Shown here: piece by piece, positions 28,219-37,460 of the stretch
Position numbering within the stretch: position 1 is the first letter of the stretch
Layout: every line of letters begins with the position of its first letter
From: Nocardioides sp.
GTDB taxonomy: Bacteria; Actinomycetota; Actinomycetes; Propionibacteriales; Nocardioidaceae
NCBI GenBank assembly: GCA_036265495.1
Contig: DATAOY010000087.1
Location: forward strand, 3,427-67,426
Length of the DNA stretch: 64,000 nt
Direction of reading: 5' to 3'
Program-made: the position numbers and the translations under genes
Notes under the pieces: generated by a model
Databases searched by the model: none
Told to the model about the DNA's origin: nothing
Seen by the model: the letters and a program-made list of their open reading frames with translations, nothing else

Positions 28219-28250
28219 GTCGGCCTCACCCCGGGCGGGTGAGTGCCGAC
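28219..28250. promoter_or_regulatory. Inverted repeat with TCACCC-N5-GGGTGA core (operator or terminator)
   Basis: GTCGGC-CTCACCC-cgggc-GGGTGAG-t-GCCGAC. Confidence 0.4.
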
Positions 28251-28292
28251 GAGTGACGCGGGTTCCGGCCGATCCGGCTCAGCGGAGGCGGC

Positions 28293-28490
28293 TCAGCTGC
28301 CCCCGCCGCCGGCCTTGCGCCGGTGCATCTTCGGGCCGGCGCCACCGTGCACCTCGGAGCCGTGGGCCTTCTCGCGGACCGGCGCGTCCTCGCGGACGCC
28401 CTTCGCCTTGGCGTTCTTCCGGTCCAGGGCCTCGCGCATCTTGGCCTTCACATCATCGAGGTCGTCGTTCGCGTGGTTGTCCTGGCTCAT
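28293..28490 (-). CDS. DUF5302 small protein
   Basis: KMREALDRK...HRRKAG pattern and a GGAGG RBS. Confidence 0.8.
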   Translation of the reverse strand: MSQDNHANDDLDDVKAKMREALDRKNAKAKGVREDAPVREKAHGSEVHGGAGPKMHRRKAGGGGS

Positions 28491-28532
28491 GTCCTCCACC
28501 CTGCCACTCGGCCGGTGGCAGGGTCGAGGGGG

Positions 28533-28946
28533 TTACTGGACCGGCACGGAGGGCTGGTGCGAGGGCTGCTGGGGCGCGCCGCTCTGGCTGTAGCCCAGAC
28601 GCGCGGCCGTCTCGCGGGCCGCATCGGTGACCGGGACCGCGACGACGGCGGTGCCGTAGGCACAGATCTCGGTCCAGGTGTCGCCCATCTCGGAGGTGTC
28701 GAAGCGCATCGCGATCACCGCGTTGGCGCCGCGGTTGCGCGCCTCGTCGATCATCCGGCCCATCACCTCGTTGCGGCTGTTGATCAGGTTGGAGGTCATG
28801 CCCTTGAGCTCTCCGCCGACCAGCGACTTGAACCCGGCGCCCATCTGCGAGAACGCGTTCCGCGAGCGCACGGTCAGGCCGAAGACCTCTCCGCACACCT
28901 GGCGGATCTCCCACCCGGGAATGTCGTTCGTCGTCACCACGAGCAT
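28533..28946 (-). CDS. YbjQ/UPF0145 putative heavy-metal-binding protein
   Basis: MLVVTTNDIPG, GGEL, GANAVIAMRFD and AYGTAV motifs, with a GGAGG RBS. Confidence 0.92.
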   Translation of the reverse strand: MLVVTTNDIPGWEIRQVCGEVFGLTVRSRNAFSQMGAGFKSLVGGELKGMTSNLINSRNEVMGRMIDEARNRGANAVIAMRFDTSEMGDTWTEICAYGTAVVAVPVTDAARETAARLGYSQSGAPQQPSHQPSVPVQ

Positions 28947-29076
28947 GGGGTCCTCCATCGAAGCTCTCTCCCGGCTGGTCTCGGCCGAGCCGGTGCTCGC
29001 GGCCGCGAGCGCACGCACAGCGTAGGGGCGGGGACAAGCGGCCGGGCCTGATTTCGCCGGCGTTCCGCGGTGCCGG

Positions 29077-30138
29077 TCACTCCCAGGTGACCGGCACGCC
29101 GTGCGGCGCCATCAGGCCGAGGAACGCGCGCTCGCCGCCTCCCGGCCAGACCTCGGCACAGACCCAGAACCGGTGCTCCTCCCCCGGAGTGCGCCGGGTC
29201 GGCTCGGCGAAGAGGTGGACCAGCGGCGATTCCGGCGTCGCCGTGGCTCCCAGCGCCGCCAGCCGCGCGGTCACCCGCTGCTGCTGGTCGCGCGGGACGT
29301 ACTGCCACATCACGCTGTGCCAGAGCACCGTCAGGGTCCCCGGCAGGACCTCGAGTCGCTCGACGTACGTCGCGGCGTCGGCCAGCTCCACGGGCACCGG
29401 CGCCTCCCGGGCGAGCTCGATCGCGCCCGCCAGCCGCGCGTGCCGCTCGGTCATGTCCGGCCAGACGTACGACGTGAGGGTCAGCCGGCCGTCCTCGGTG
29501 GTCACGTCGACGGGGTGGAGGTCGGAGCCACCGCGGGCGACCACCTCGAGCGGGGCCGCCGGTGGCAGCGGCTCGCCTTCCCAGGCCCGGTCGAGGAGCA
29601 CGGGGCTCGCAGGGTCGCCCCATCCGCCGCCGACGGCGCCGGTGATCCGGAACCGGTCCGCCTGGAGGTTGAGTCCGCCACTGGAGCCGATCTCGAACAG
29701 CCGCACCGGGTGCCGCCAGCGGTCGGCGAGCCGCAGCAGCCCGCCGACCAACGCCGCCGCCCGGCCCACCTCGTTGGTCTGGGGCGGGCGCTCGAGCAGT
29801 GGCCGGACGTCGCCGCCGCGGCGGTCGAGGAAGTCGAGCACGGCCGGCACGGCGGCGGAGCTCCACGTGCCGCCCGCGGTCGGGTACACCCCGGCCAGCT
29901 CCGTCGCCTCGCCGGCCAGGACGAGCCGGTGGATGCTCCCCGCCAGCCGGAGCGCCAGCCCGGAGGGACCGGGGTCTTCCTCGTGGCCACTCAGCACCCG
30001 CGCGGTCGGGCCGCCGGCCTCCAGGTCGTCGCCGAGCGCGGCGAGCAGCTCGGCGTACATCGGCGACCCGAGCTGGTCGCACGCCTCGGCCTGCTGCCGG
30101 AAGAGCGCCGGCTGGGAGCGGGTCGCGCCAGCGGTCAC
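29077..30138 (-). CDS. DUF2332 protein
   Basis: QAEACDQLGSP, PQTNEVGR, EIGSSGGLNL and SYVWPD motifs. Confidence 0.88.
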   Translation of the reverse strand: MTAGATRSQPALFRQQAEACDQLGSPMYAELLAALGDDLEAGGPTARVLSGHEEDPGPSGLALRLAGSIHRLVLAGEATELAGVYPTAGGTWSSAAVPAVLDFLDRRGGDVRPLLERPPQTNEVGRAAALVGGLLRLADRWRHPVRLFEIGSSGGLNLQADRFRITGAVGGGWGDPASPVLLDRAWEGEPLPPAAPLEVVARGGSDLHPVDVTTEDGRLTLTSYVWPDMTERHARLAGAIELAREAPVPVELADAATYVERLEVLPGTLTVLWHSVMWQYVPRDQQQRVTARLAALGATATPESPLVHLFAEPTRRTPGEEHRFWVCAEVWPGGGERAFLGLMAPHGVPVTWE

Positions 30139-31343
30139 AGCCGGTAGTCCTCGAGCAGCCGTCGACCGATGATCATCCGCTGGATGTCTGCCGTCCCCTC
30201 CCCGATCAGCAGCATCGGGGCCTCGCGATAGAGGCGCTCGATCTCGTACTCCTTGGAGAACCCGTACCCGCCGTGGATCCGGAACGAGTCCTCGACGACC
30301 TGGTGGCAGTACTCCGAGGCGAGGTACTTGGCCATGCCGGCCTCGAGGTCGTTGCGCTCGCCCTTGTCCTTGACCCGGGCGGCCTTGACCATCATCTGGT
30401 GGGCGGCCTCGACCTTGGTCGCCATCTCCGCCAGCCGGAACAGCACGGCCTGGTGCTCGGCGATCTTCTTGCCGAAGGTCTCGCGCTGCTGAGCGTAGGC
30501 GACACCGAGCTCGAAGGCGCGGTTGGCGACGCCACAACCGCGGGCCGCGACGTTCACCCGGCCGACCTCCACGCCGTCCATCATCTGGTAGAAGCCCTGG
30601 CCCGGCTCGCCCCCCAGGATCTGGTCGGCGGAGATCCGGTGGCCCTCGAAGACCATCTCCGTGGTGTCGACGCCCTTGTAGCCCATCTTCTCGATCTTGC
30701 CGGGGATCGTGACTCCCTGCGCGGTCTCACCGAAGCCCTCCTCCTTCTCCACCAGGAACGTCGTCATGTTCCGGTAGACGGAGTCGGCGCCCTCATCTGT
30801 CTTCACCAGGACCGCGACCAGGTTCGCGGAGCCGCCGTTGGTCAGCCACATCTTCTGGCCGGTGATCTCATAGCCGCCCTCGTCGCCCTCCCCCGCCGGC
30901 AGCCGGGTCGCCTTGGTCGTGATGGCGCTGACGTCGGACCCGCAGCCGGGCTCGCTCATCGAGAAGGCGCCGCGGACCTCGCCCGTGGCCATTCTGGGCA
31001 GGTACTTCCGCTTCTGCTCGTCGGTGCCGTGCTGCAGCAGCATCCAGGCCACGATGAAGTGGGTGTTGATGATCCCGCTGACGCTCATCCAGCCGCGTGC
31101 GATCTCCTCCACGGCCAGGGCGTAGGTGAGCAGCGACTCGCCCAGGCCGTCGTACTCCTCGGGGATCATCAGGCCGAAGACGCCGAGCTCCTTGAGCCCC
31201 TCGACGATCTTCGTCGGGTACTCGTCCTGGTGCTCGAGCTCGGTGGCGACGGGGAGGATCTCGCGCTCGACGAAGTCCCGTACCGCCTTCAGGATCTCGG
31301 TCTGGTCGTCGGTGAGCCCGTCGGTCTGGCAGAGGCGACCCAT
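30135..31343 (-). CDS. Acyl-CoA dehydrogenase (methylsuccinyl-CoA dehydrogenase-like)
   Basis: FSMSEPGCGSD, GQKMWLTN, IHGGYG and IGEGT motifs. Confidence 0.93.
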   Translation of the reverse strand: MGRLCQTDGLTDDQTEILKAVRDFVEREILPVATELEHQDEYPTKIVEGLKELGVFGLMIPEEYDGLGESLLTYALAVEEIARGWMSVSGIINTHFIVAWMLLQHGTDEQKRKYLPRMATGEVRGAFSMSEPGCGSDVSAITTKATRLPAGEGDEGGYEITGQKMWLTNGGSANLVAVLVKTDEGADSVYRNMTTFLVEKEEGFGETAQGVTIPGKIEKMGYKGVDTTEMVFEGHRISADQILGGEPGQGFYQMMDGVEVGRVNVAARGCGVANRAFELGVAYAQQRETFGKKIAEHQAVLFRLAEMATKVEAAHQMMVKAARVKDKGERNDLEAGMAKYLASEYCHQVVEDSFRIHGGYGFSKEYEIERLYREAPMLLIGEGTADIQRMIIGRRLLEDYRL

Positions 31344-31554
31344 GGCGTCGTCGATCCTTCCGGTCCGTGCTGGTTGTCCTGACGTGATGTCGGGGAGGGC
31401 GCGGTCCAGTATGTCCGCCGGCGTGCACACCCGAAATCGACTGTGACCTATTCGATGACCGGCTCAGGGACGTTCCGACGGCCGGGCCGACGGCCGGTCC
31501 GAGAGGGCTCTCGGCCGCTCGGCTCGGTGGATCGCCGACTGGCAGACTGCCGCC

Positions 31555-32547
31555 ATGGCGCAGTGCGTGATCGTGCACATCGGGCTGATGAAGTCCGGGA
31601 CGACCTTCATCCAGGGACGGCTCGGCGCCAACCGCGAGCGGCTCGCCGCACAGCGCGTGCTGTTCCCCGGACCCACCTGGCGACGGCACGTGAACGCCGT
31701 CCAGGACCTGATGGGCCACCCCGGGCACACGCCGGGGTCGTGGGACTCCCTGACCGAGGAGATCAACGCCTACGACGGCACCGCGGTGATCTCGATGGAG
31801 TACCTGGTGATGGCCGGCCGGCGGGGCATCGGGATCCTCGCCGGGAGCTTCGGGGATGCCGAGCTCCGGATCGTCGTCGGCGCCCGCGACCTCGGCCGGA
31901 CGGTGCCCGCGATGTGGCAGGAGGCGGTCAAGAACCGCTCGACCCGGACCTTCGCGGAGTACGTCGACGGCATCCGCGACGAGGCCGAGAACGGACGCCG
32001 GTTCTGGCGGCAACAGCACGCGGGCCGGATCGTGACCCGCTGGGCCGGACACCTCGGCCCCGACCACGTGTACGTCGTGACGTTGCCACCGCCCCCGGCG
32101 CGAGGTGAGCTGCTCTGGGAGCGGTTCTGCCAGGTCGCCGGCATCCGCGAGGAGTCCTCCTGGGACGACGCGCCCCGCACCAACGAGTCGCTGGGCGTGG
32201 CGTCCGCCCTGGTGATGCGGCGGCTGAACGAGCTGACCGGCGACCTCTCGGTGAAGGACTACAAGCGCCGCGTGAAGGCCGTCGGCAAGCACCTGCTGCC
32301 CGCCCACCGCGCCGAGGAGGAGGCCATCGGCTTCACCGTGCCCGACTGGCTGCGCGAGGAGGCCGCCCGGATCCGGACGCAGGTCACCGACAGCGGGGTG
32401 CACGTCGTCGGAGACCTCGACGAGCTGACGCCGCTCGACGTGCTCGGCGCGGACCCGGGGTCCGTCAGCGCGGAGGCACAGCTCGACGCCGCGCTCACCG
32501 CCCTCGATCGGACCGTGCGGCAGGCGAAGCGGATCCGGTCCGGGTGA
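31555..32547 (+). CDS. Sulfotransferase-like P-loop protein
   Basis: HIGLMKSGTTFIQ (5'-PSB-like loop), ISMEYL, AMWQE and NESLG. Confidence 0.75.
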   Translation: MAQCVIVHIGLMKSGTTFIQGRLGANRERLAAQRVLFPGPTWRRHVNAVQDLMGHPGHTPGSWDSLTEEINAYDGTAVISMEYLVMAGRRGIGILAGSFGDAELRIVVGARDLGRTVPAMWQEAVKNRSTRTFAEYVDGIRDEAENGRRFWRQQHAGRIVTRWAGHLGPDHVYVVTLPPPPARGELLWERFCQVAGIREESSWDDAPRTNESLGVASALVMRRLNELTGDLSVKDYKRRVKAVGKHLLPAHRAEEEAIGFTVPDWLREEAARIRTQVTDSGVHVVGDLDELTPLDVLGADPGSVSAEAQLDAALTALDRTVRQAKRIRSG

Positions 32548-32625
32548 GCACCGGCGGCCGGCGTCAGCCGGACCGGCCGAAGCGCAGCCAGCCGCGCGGC
32601 CCCCGCGCGTCAGCGGCGGCATGCG

Positions 32626-34929
32626 CTAGGCGGTGACCGGCTCCTCGTCCCCAGCCCGCTCGTCGCCCTCGAGGTCGCCGGCGGCGACCTCGTCCGGCGC
32701 GTCGCCCGTCCGCTCCTTCCGGCGCCGCCCGTACCAGCCCAGCGCGAGCGCCCCGAGCAGGCCGAGACCCGCGGCCGCAAGGCCCGCGGCCAGGCCCGGT
32801 GGGGTGTAGGTGAGCTCGATCCGGCCCGAGGCGTTCGGCGGGAGGCTGACGGTGAGCAGTCCGGCCGAGTCCCGCCCGACCTGGGCCGGGTGTCCGGCGA
32901 ACGTCGCCTTCCAGCCCGGCCAGCCGAGCATCGCGAAGACGGCCTGGCCACCGTTGCCGGTCGTCGACAGATCGACGTGCTCGTGGCGGATGTCGTCGGT
33001 GGCGGCAGCGGTGACCTCGGCGCCATCCGGGACGAAGCTCAGCCGGCTGCCCGGCCACGGCAGTGGCTGCGTACGCCGGTACACCTGCACCTGCGCATTG
33101 CCCGCGACCTGGGTCCAGCCCGCCGGAGGCGTGACGCCGCGCGCCTGCTGGGTGCTCACCACGATGGTCTCGACCTTCATCAGGTCGGCCAGCGGCGGCA
33201 AGGAGGGCTGGGGTGGCTGGAAGATGCTGCGATAGCCGCACGGCCTGGTGAACCCGTCGTAGGACATGCACAGGCTGCGTTCGAAGCGCACCAGACCCAT
33301 GCCGGTGTAGTGGTTGACCGCATCGACGTCGGTGACGTCGTACAGGCTGCCGGGCAGGAAGTCGTGCCACTTGGCCGTGAGCTGCTTCAGCGTCCTCTGG
33401 TGCTGGAGGTGCTTGAAGTCCGAGAACTGCATGACCGTGCCGGTGCGGTCGTCGAAGCGGCTCGTCATGGCCGCCACGTCGCTCGGCGCGTGCCAGACGC
33501 GAGACCCCTTGTTCTCGCCGAACGCCTTCATCTGCAGCGTGACCCCGAGACCGGTGCCGACGATGAAGACCCCGGCGAGGGCGATGGTCCGCAGCGGGCC
33601 GAGGCGGGAGGCGAGCAGCGCGAGCACGGTGAGGACGACGACCAGCGCGGAGCCGGCCACGAGACGGTGCAGGTCGGACGGGTTCTGGGCCCAGGCGAGG
33701 TAGGCCGGCAGCCCGATGGCGACCACCGTCCCGGCGATCCGCTCGCGTACCTGTGTGGTGGCGAGCCCGCGGCTGAGCAGCCGCGCGAAGAGGACGAGCA
33801 GGGCCAGGAAGAGGTACTCGGTGACGCGCAGCGGCCAGCGGAACATCCAGAGCTTGGAGGGTGCGAGCACCAGGGCGAGGTAGACGACCGAGACCGCGAG
33901 CGGTGCGGCCAGCGCACGGAGGCGGCCACGCAGGTCGCCCCAGCGCAGCCACGGCAGCAGCGGTACGACGAACCAGGCCAGGAAGGTCGCCGGGACCGTC
34001 ATCGGCCCGGTGATCGCGATGATCGGCGGCACGGCCGTCGGGTTGCTGGCCTGGAGGAAGTCGCCGGGAACGGGCTGGAGCTTGCCGGTGTTGGCGACCA
34101 GCGCACCGAGCGCCCGGACGGTCAGGCCGCTGGTCTCGAGCAGTGGCAGGAAGACCAGCGGGAGCAGGAGAGCGGCGCAGGCGCCGACGCCGACCAGCTT
34201 CAGCACGCCGGCCCAGGTGTCGCCCCAGCTGTCGGTGCGGTCGCGGTCGAGCAGACCCTCGATGACCAGGCCGAGTCCGATCACGACGAGGGCGAGCACG
34301 CCGTACGGGTTGCCCTGGGTGACCGCGAGCGCCCCGACCACGAAGCCCCAGAACGGGTTCGCGGTGCCACGCATCACCCGGCGCAGGACGAACCAGACCC
34401 ACGGCGTGTAGGAGAAGGCGATCAGCCCGGAGGCCCACGACGCGGCGTCCCAGAAGAGCGTGAACCCGCAGAACGGGAGAGCCACGGCCACCGAGGCCGC
34501 GGCCCAGGCCTCCGCGTCGTACTCACGGCAGAGCAGGTAGGTGCCCAGAGCCAGCAGCACCATGAAGCAGACCTTGACCAGGAACATCGACGTCATCAGG
34601 TCGCCGCCGGCCGACATCGCGAGCCAGACCGGGATGTTGAGGGGGTCGTAGATGCCGAACAGCGCCTCGGCGGCGTAGTTGCCGCCGGCCCAGGCGTTCG
34701 GGTCGAGCCAGGCCGGGAAGACCCCGTCGCGGGTGAGCTCGCCCAGGTGGAACCAGGTCGGCGCGAACTGCACCGCCGTGTCGCCCCGCTGGTAGAACCA
34801 CGTCGTCACGAGCTTGGGGATCGCCGCGAAGAGGGCCGTGGCCACGACGACGGCGAGCGGCCACAGCAGCCGCGGTCCCACCCACCCCCGACCGACCCTG
34901 CGGCGCGGAGCAGTGACGCCTGCCTTCAC
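32626..34929 (-). CDS. YfhO-like polytopic (GT-C) glycosyltransferase
   Basis: GD...WAGGNYAAEALFGIYDP motif, more than 10 TMs, an extracytoplasmic domain with WPGWKA, and a C-terminal TM. Confidence 0.7.
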   Translation of the reverse strand: MKAGVTAPRRRVGRGWVGPRLLWPLAVVVATALFAAIPKLVTTWFYQRGDTAVQFAPTWFHLGELTRDGVFPAWLDPNAWAGGNYAAEALFGIYDPLNIPVWLAMSAGGDLMTSMFLVKVCFMVLLALGTYLLCREYDAEAWAAASVAVALPFCGFTLFWDAASWASGLIAFSYTPWVWFVLRRVMRGTANPFWGFVVGALAVTQGNPYGVLALVVIGLGLVIEGLLDRDRTDSWGDTWAGVLKLVGVGACAALLLPLVFLPLLETSGLTVRALGALVANTGKLQPVPGDFLQASNPTAVPPIIAITGPMTVPATFLAWFVVPLLPWLRWGDLRGRLRALAAPLAVSVVYLALVLAPSKLWMFRWPLRVTEYLFLALLVLFARLLSRGLATTQVRERIAGTVVAIGLPAYLAWAQNPSDLHRLVAGSALVVVLTVLALLASRLGPLRTIALAGVFIVGTGLGVTLQMKAFGENKGSRVWHAPSDVAAMTSRFDDRTGTVMQFSDFKHLQHQRTLKQLTAKWHDFLPGSLYDVTDVDAVNHYTGMGLVRFERSLCMSYDGFTRPCGYRSIFQPPQPSLPPLADLMKVETIVVSTQQARGVTPPAGWTQVAGNAQVQVYRRTQPLPWPGSRLSFVPDGAEVTAAATDDIRHEHVDLSTTGNGGQAVFAMLGWPGWKATFAGHPAQVGRDSAGLLTVSLPPNASGRIELTYTPPGLAAGLAAAGLGLLGALALGWYGRRRKERTGDAPDEVAAGDLEGDERAGDEEPVTA

Positions 34930-35954
34930 TCGTCCTCCAGCTGGTGCGTCGCGAAGCGGTCCTCGTGCTCGGGTCCGAGCGCGGTCGTCACCGCGGTCGG
35001 GACGCCGTGGCTGCTCTCCTTGAGCAGGAACAGCGGACGGCGCTTGGTCTCGGCGTAGATGCGGCCGAGGTACTCACCGATCACCCCCAGCAGGATCATC
35101 TGCACGCCGCCGAACCCGGAGATCGCGCAGATCAGAGTGACGTAGCCGGGCGCGGAGTTGCCGTTCACGATCGCCGATCCGAGCACCCAGAACGCGTAGA
35201 GCACGGCGACCGCGGTGACCATGACGCCGAACCAGATCGAGAGCCGCAGTGGCCGGTAGTTGAACGAGACGACACCGTCGATGCCGTAGTTGAACAGGTC
35301 GGACATCCGCCACTTGGTGGTGCCGGCGGCGCGCGAGACGTTCTTGTAGTCGACCACGGCGGTGTCGAAGCCGATCCACGCGAACAGGCCCTTGGAGAAG
35401 CGGTTGGTCTCGCCCAGGGTGAGCAGCGCCTTGACCGCCGTCCGGTCGAGCACACGGAAGTCGCCGACGCCGTCCTCGAGGTCGACGTCGATGAGCCGGT
35501 TGATCAGGCGGTAGTAGATCTTGGAGAGGAACGTCCGAACCGCCGGGTCGTCGTCCCGGGTACGGCGCGCGACGACCTGCTGCACGTCGCCGTCGAGCAG
35601 CGGCAGCATCCGGGCCAGCAGCTCCGGCGGGTGCTGGAGGTCGGCGTCCATGATCGCGACCTTCTCGCCGCGTGCATGGCTGAGTCCGGCCAGCATCGCC
35701 GACTCCTTGCCGAAGTTGCGGCTGAGAGCCAGGAAGCGGAATCCCGGGTTCGCCCGGGTGATCTCCCGCAGCATCGGCAGGGTCCGGTCGCTGCTGCCGT
35801 CGTCGACCAGGATCACCTCGAACGAGGCGGCCACCTGCGGCAGCTCGGTGGAGAGCACGTCCACCAGCTGGGGCAGGGAGTCCTGCTCGTTGTAGCAGGG
35901 GATCACCACCGTGAGCTCGGGCCGGTGGTGCTGCCCCACCGCGGGGTCAGCCAC
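34926..35954 (-). CDS. GT2 polyprenol-phosphate glycosyltransferase (GtrB-like)
   Basis: PCYNE, DDGSSD, SRNFGKE, DADLQHPP and GDFR motifs, two C-terminal TMs and GEYLGR. Confidence 0.93.
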   Translation of the reverse strand: MADPAVGQHHRPELTVVIPCYNEQDSLPQLVDVLSTELPQVAASFEVILVDDGSSDRTLPMLREITRANPGFRFLALSRNFGKESAMLAGLSHARGEKVAIMDADLQHPPELLARMLPLLDGDVQQVVARRTRDDDPAVRTFLSKIYYRLINRLIDVDLEDGVGDFRVLDRTAVKALLTLGETNRFSKGLFAWIGFDTAVVDYKNVSRAAGTTKWRMSDLFNYGIDGVVSFNYRPLRLSIWFGVMVTAVAVLYAFWVLGSAIVNGNSAPGYVTLICAISGFGGVQMILLGVIGEYLGRIYAETKRRPLFLLKESSHGVPTAVTTALGPEHEDRFATHQLEDE

Positions 35955-36162
35955 GTCGCCTCCGCTGCGCTCCCCACCGCTGGGTCGCCTCCAGGAGCGG
36001 CACCAGGCTCTGCTCGATCCGGGCGACCTGCTCCTCCAGCGGCACCGCGAGCAGCGCGTTCTCCCGGACGCCCTCCTCCAGCCGGCGCACCCGCCGAGCG
36101 AGGCGGACCGTCGGCAACGCCGCATCCGTGCCCTTCTTGATGACCTCCCGGGTCGGTTTCAC
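35947..36162 (-). CDS. Small coiled-coil protein (DUF6752-like)
   Basis: 71 aa LARRVRRLEEGVREN.... The GTG overlaps the upstream stop, and its own stop overlaps the GT2 start. Confidence 0.65.
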   Translation of the reverse strand: MKPTREVIKKGTDAALPTVRLARRVRRLEEGVRENALLAVPLEEQVARIEQSLVPLLEATQRWGAQRRRRG

Positions 36163-37460
36163 AGGGACTCCTGGCGGTAGCGACGCAGGGCCCTCCCGGT
36201 CACGCCCTCGTCCTGGGACTCGGGGTCCAGGAGCAGCTCGGTGACGAGGTCCTGGAGGGTGGCCACGCGCAGGTGGAGACGCCGCGCCTGCTGGACCTCG
36301 CGCTCGAGCTCGTCCACCCGCCGACTCAGCTGCCGGACACGCACGTTGTTGTACGGGCCGGCCGCGCGGACCGCCAGGTTGCGCACCCGCTCGCGGCGGC
36401 CCGACGGCGCAGGCGACGGCGCGGGCGCCAGGGTCGGCGTCGCGCCGCTGCTGCGGTCGCGCATGGTCACGACGAGCGACGAGATGCAGGCCACCGCCGC
36501 CTCGGTCAGCTCGGCCTCGGTCACCTGGCTGGGAAGCCGGTCGTCGGACGGGGCCGGCTCGAGGTCGGCGAGGTCGCCGTGGACGACGTACCCACCGGAC
36601 CGGATGCGCTCGGTGGCGCGACGCCAGACCTCGGCCGCCTCCGCGGCCTGCGCCTCGGGGACGCCGATGCGCTCGCTGCCGAGTGGGGCCAGCACCTCCT
36701 GGGCCAGCAGGTCGCGGATCCAGACCGAACGCTGCCGGCTGCCGGTGATCTGGGTCCGCAGCTGGCCGTTGACCCGGCGGAGGAGCTCGGCCTGCACCAC
36801 GCCCATCGACTCGTTGGCCCGGGGCACGTCGAGGGAGACGTCCAGCCCGGAGAGGTCGCACGCAGCGGCGAACCGGCGCCAGAGCTCCGACGGTCCGGCG
36901 TCGGGCCGGGGCGCGGTCACGACGTGGACGTGGTCGGGAGGCAGCGTGGAGCCCCAGCGCTCGGCGACCCCCGCGGGGTCAAGGGTGCGCCAGCCCCACT
37001 CGCTGCTCTCGGCCGACTCCGACTTGGGCTGCCACTCGTCCAGCGGTGTGGTCAGGCCGAACTTCAGCCGCTCCTGCCAGGCCGAGACCACCGAGCGACC
37101 CAGGTCGCGTGCGGTCACGACCACGTGCACGTCGTACGCCGACAGGTCCGTCAGGGCACGGGCCGCCTGCTCCGCCGAGGCCACCGCGAAGAGCTCGTAG
37201 CTGAGCACCGCCGACGAGCCCTTCCAGTCCTCGATCTGGCGCACCAGGCGCGTCCACGCCGTGCGCGCCGAGTCCGGGAGCTCGCCGAGGCGCGGATCCT
37301 CGCGGACCCCCATCGCGGCGTGGATGCGGTCGAGATGGCGGGCACCGACCAGCAGCGTGCCGGCGTCCTGGAGGGTGGCTCGGTTGGCGTCCAGCACGCG
37401 CTGGAGGTAGGTGGTGCCGGACTTCGGTGCGCCCACGTGCAGGTAGACGCGCTCCGTCAT
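36159..37460 (-). CDS. Sulfotransferase-like protein with C-terminal coiled-coil (DUF6752-like)
   Basis: HVGAPKSGTTYLQ, LSYELF, SAWQE and NESMG, with tail LSRRVDELEREVQQARRLHLRVA. Confidence 0.75.
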   Translation of the reverse strand: MTERVYLHVGAPKSGTTYLQRVLDANRATLQDAGTLLVGARHLDRIHAAMGVREDPRLGELPDSARTAWTRLVRQIEDWKGSSAVLSYELFAVASAEQAARALTDLSAYDVHVVVTARDLGRSVVSAWQERLKFGLTTPLDEWQPKSESAESSEWGWRTLDPAGVAERWGSTLPPDHVHVVTAPRPDAGPSELWRRFAAACDLSGLDVSLDVPRANESMGVVQAELLRRVNGQLRTQITGSRQRSVWIRDLLAQEVLAPLGSERIGVPEAQAAEAAEVWRRATERIRSGGYVVHGDLADLEPAPSDDRLPSQVTEAELTEAAVACISSLVVTMRDRSSGATPTLAPAPSPAPSGRRERVRNLAVRAAGPYNNVRVRQLSRRVDELEREVQQARRLHLRVATLQDLVTELLLDPESQDEGVTGRALRRYRQESL

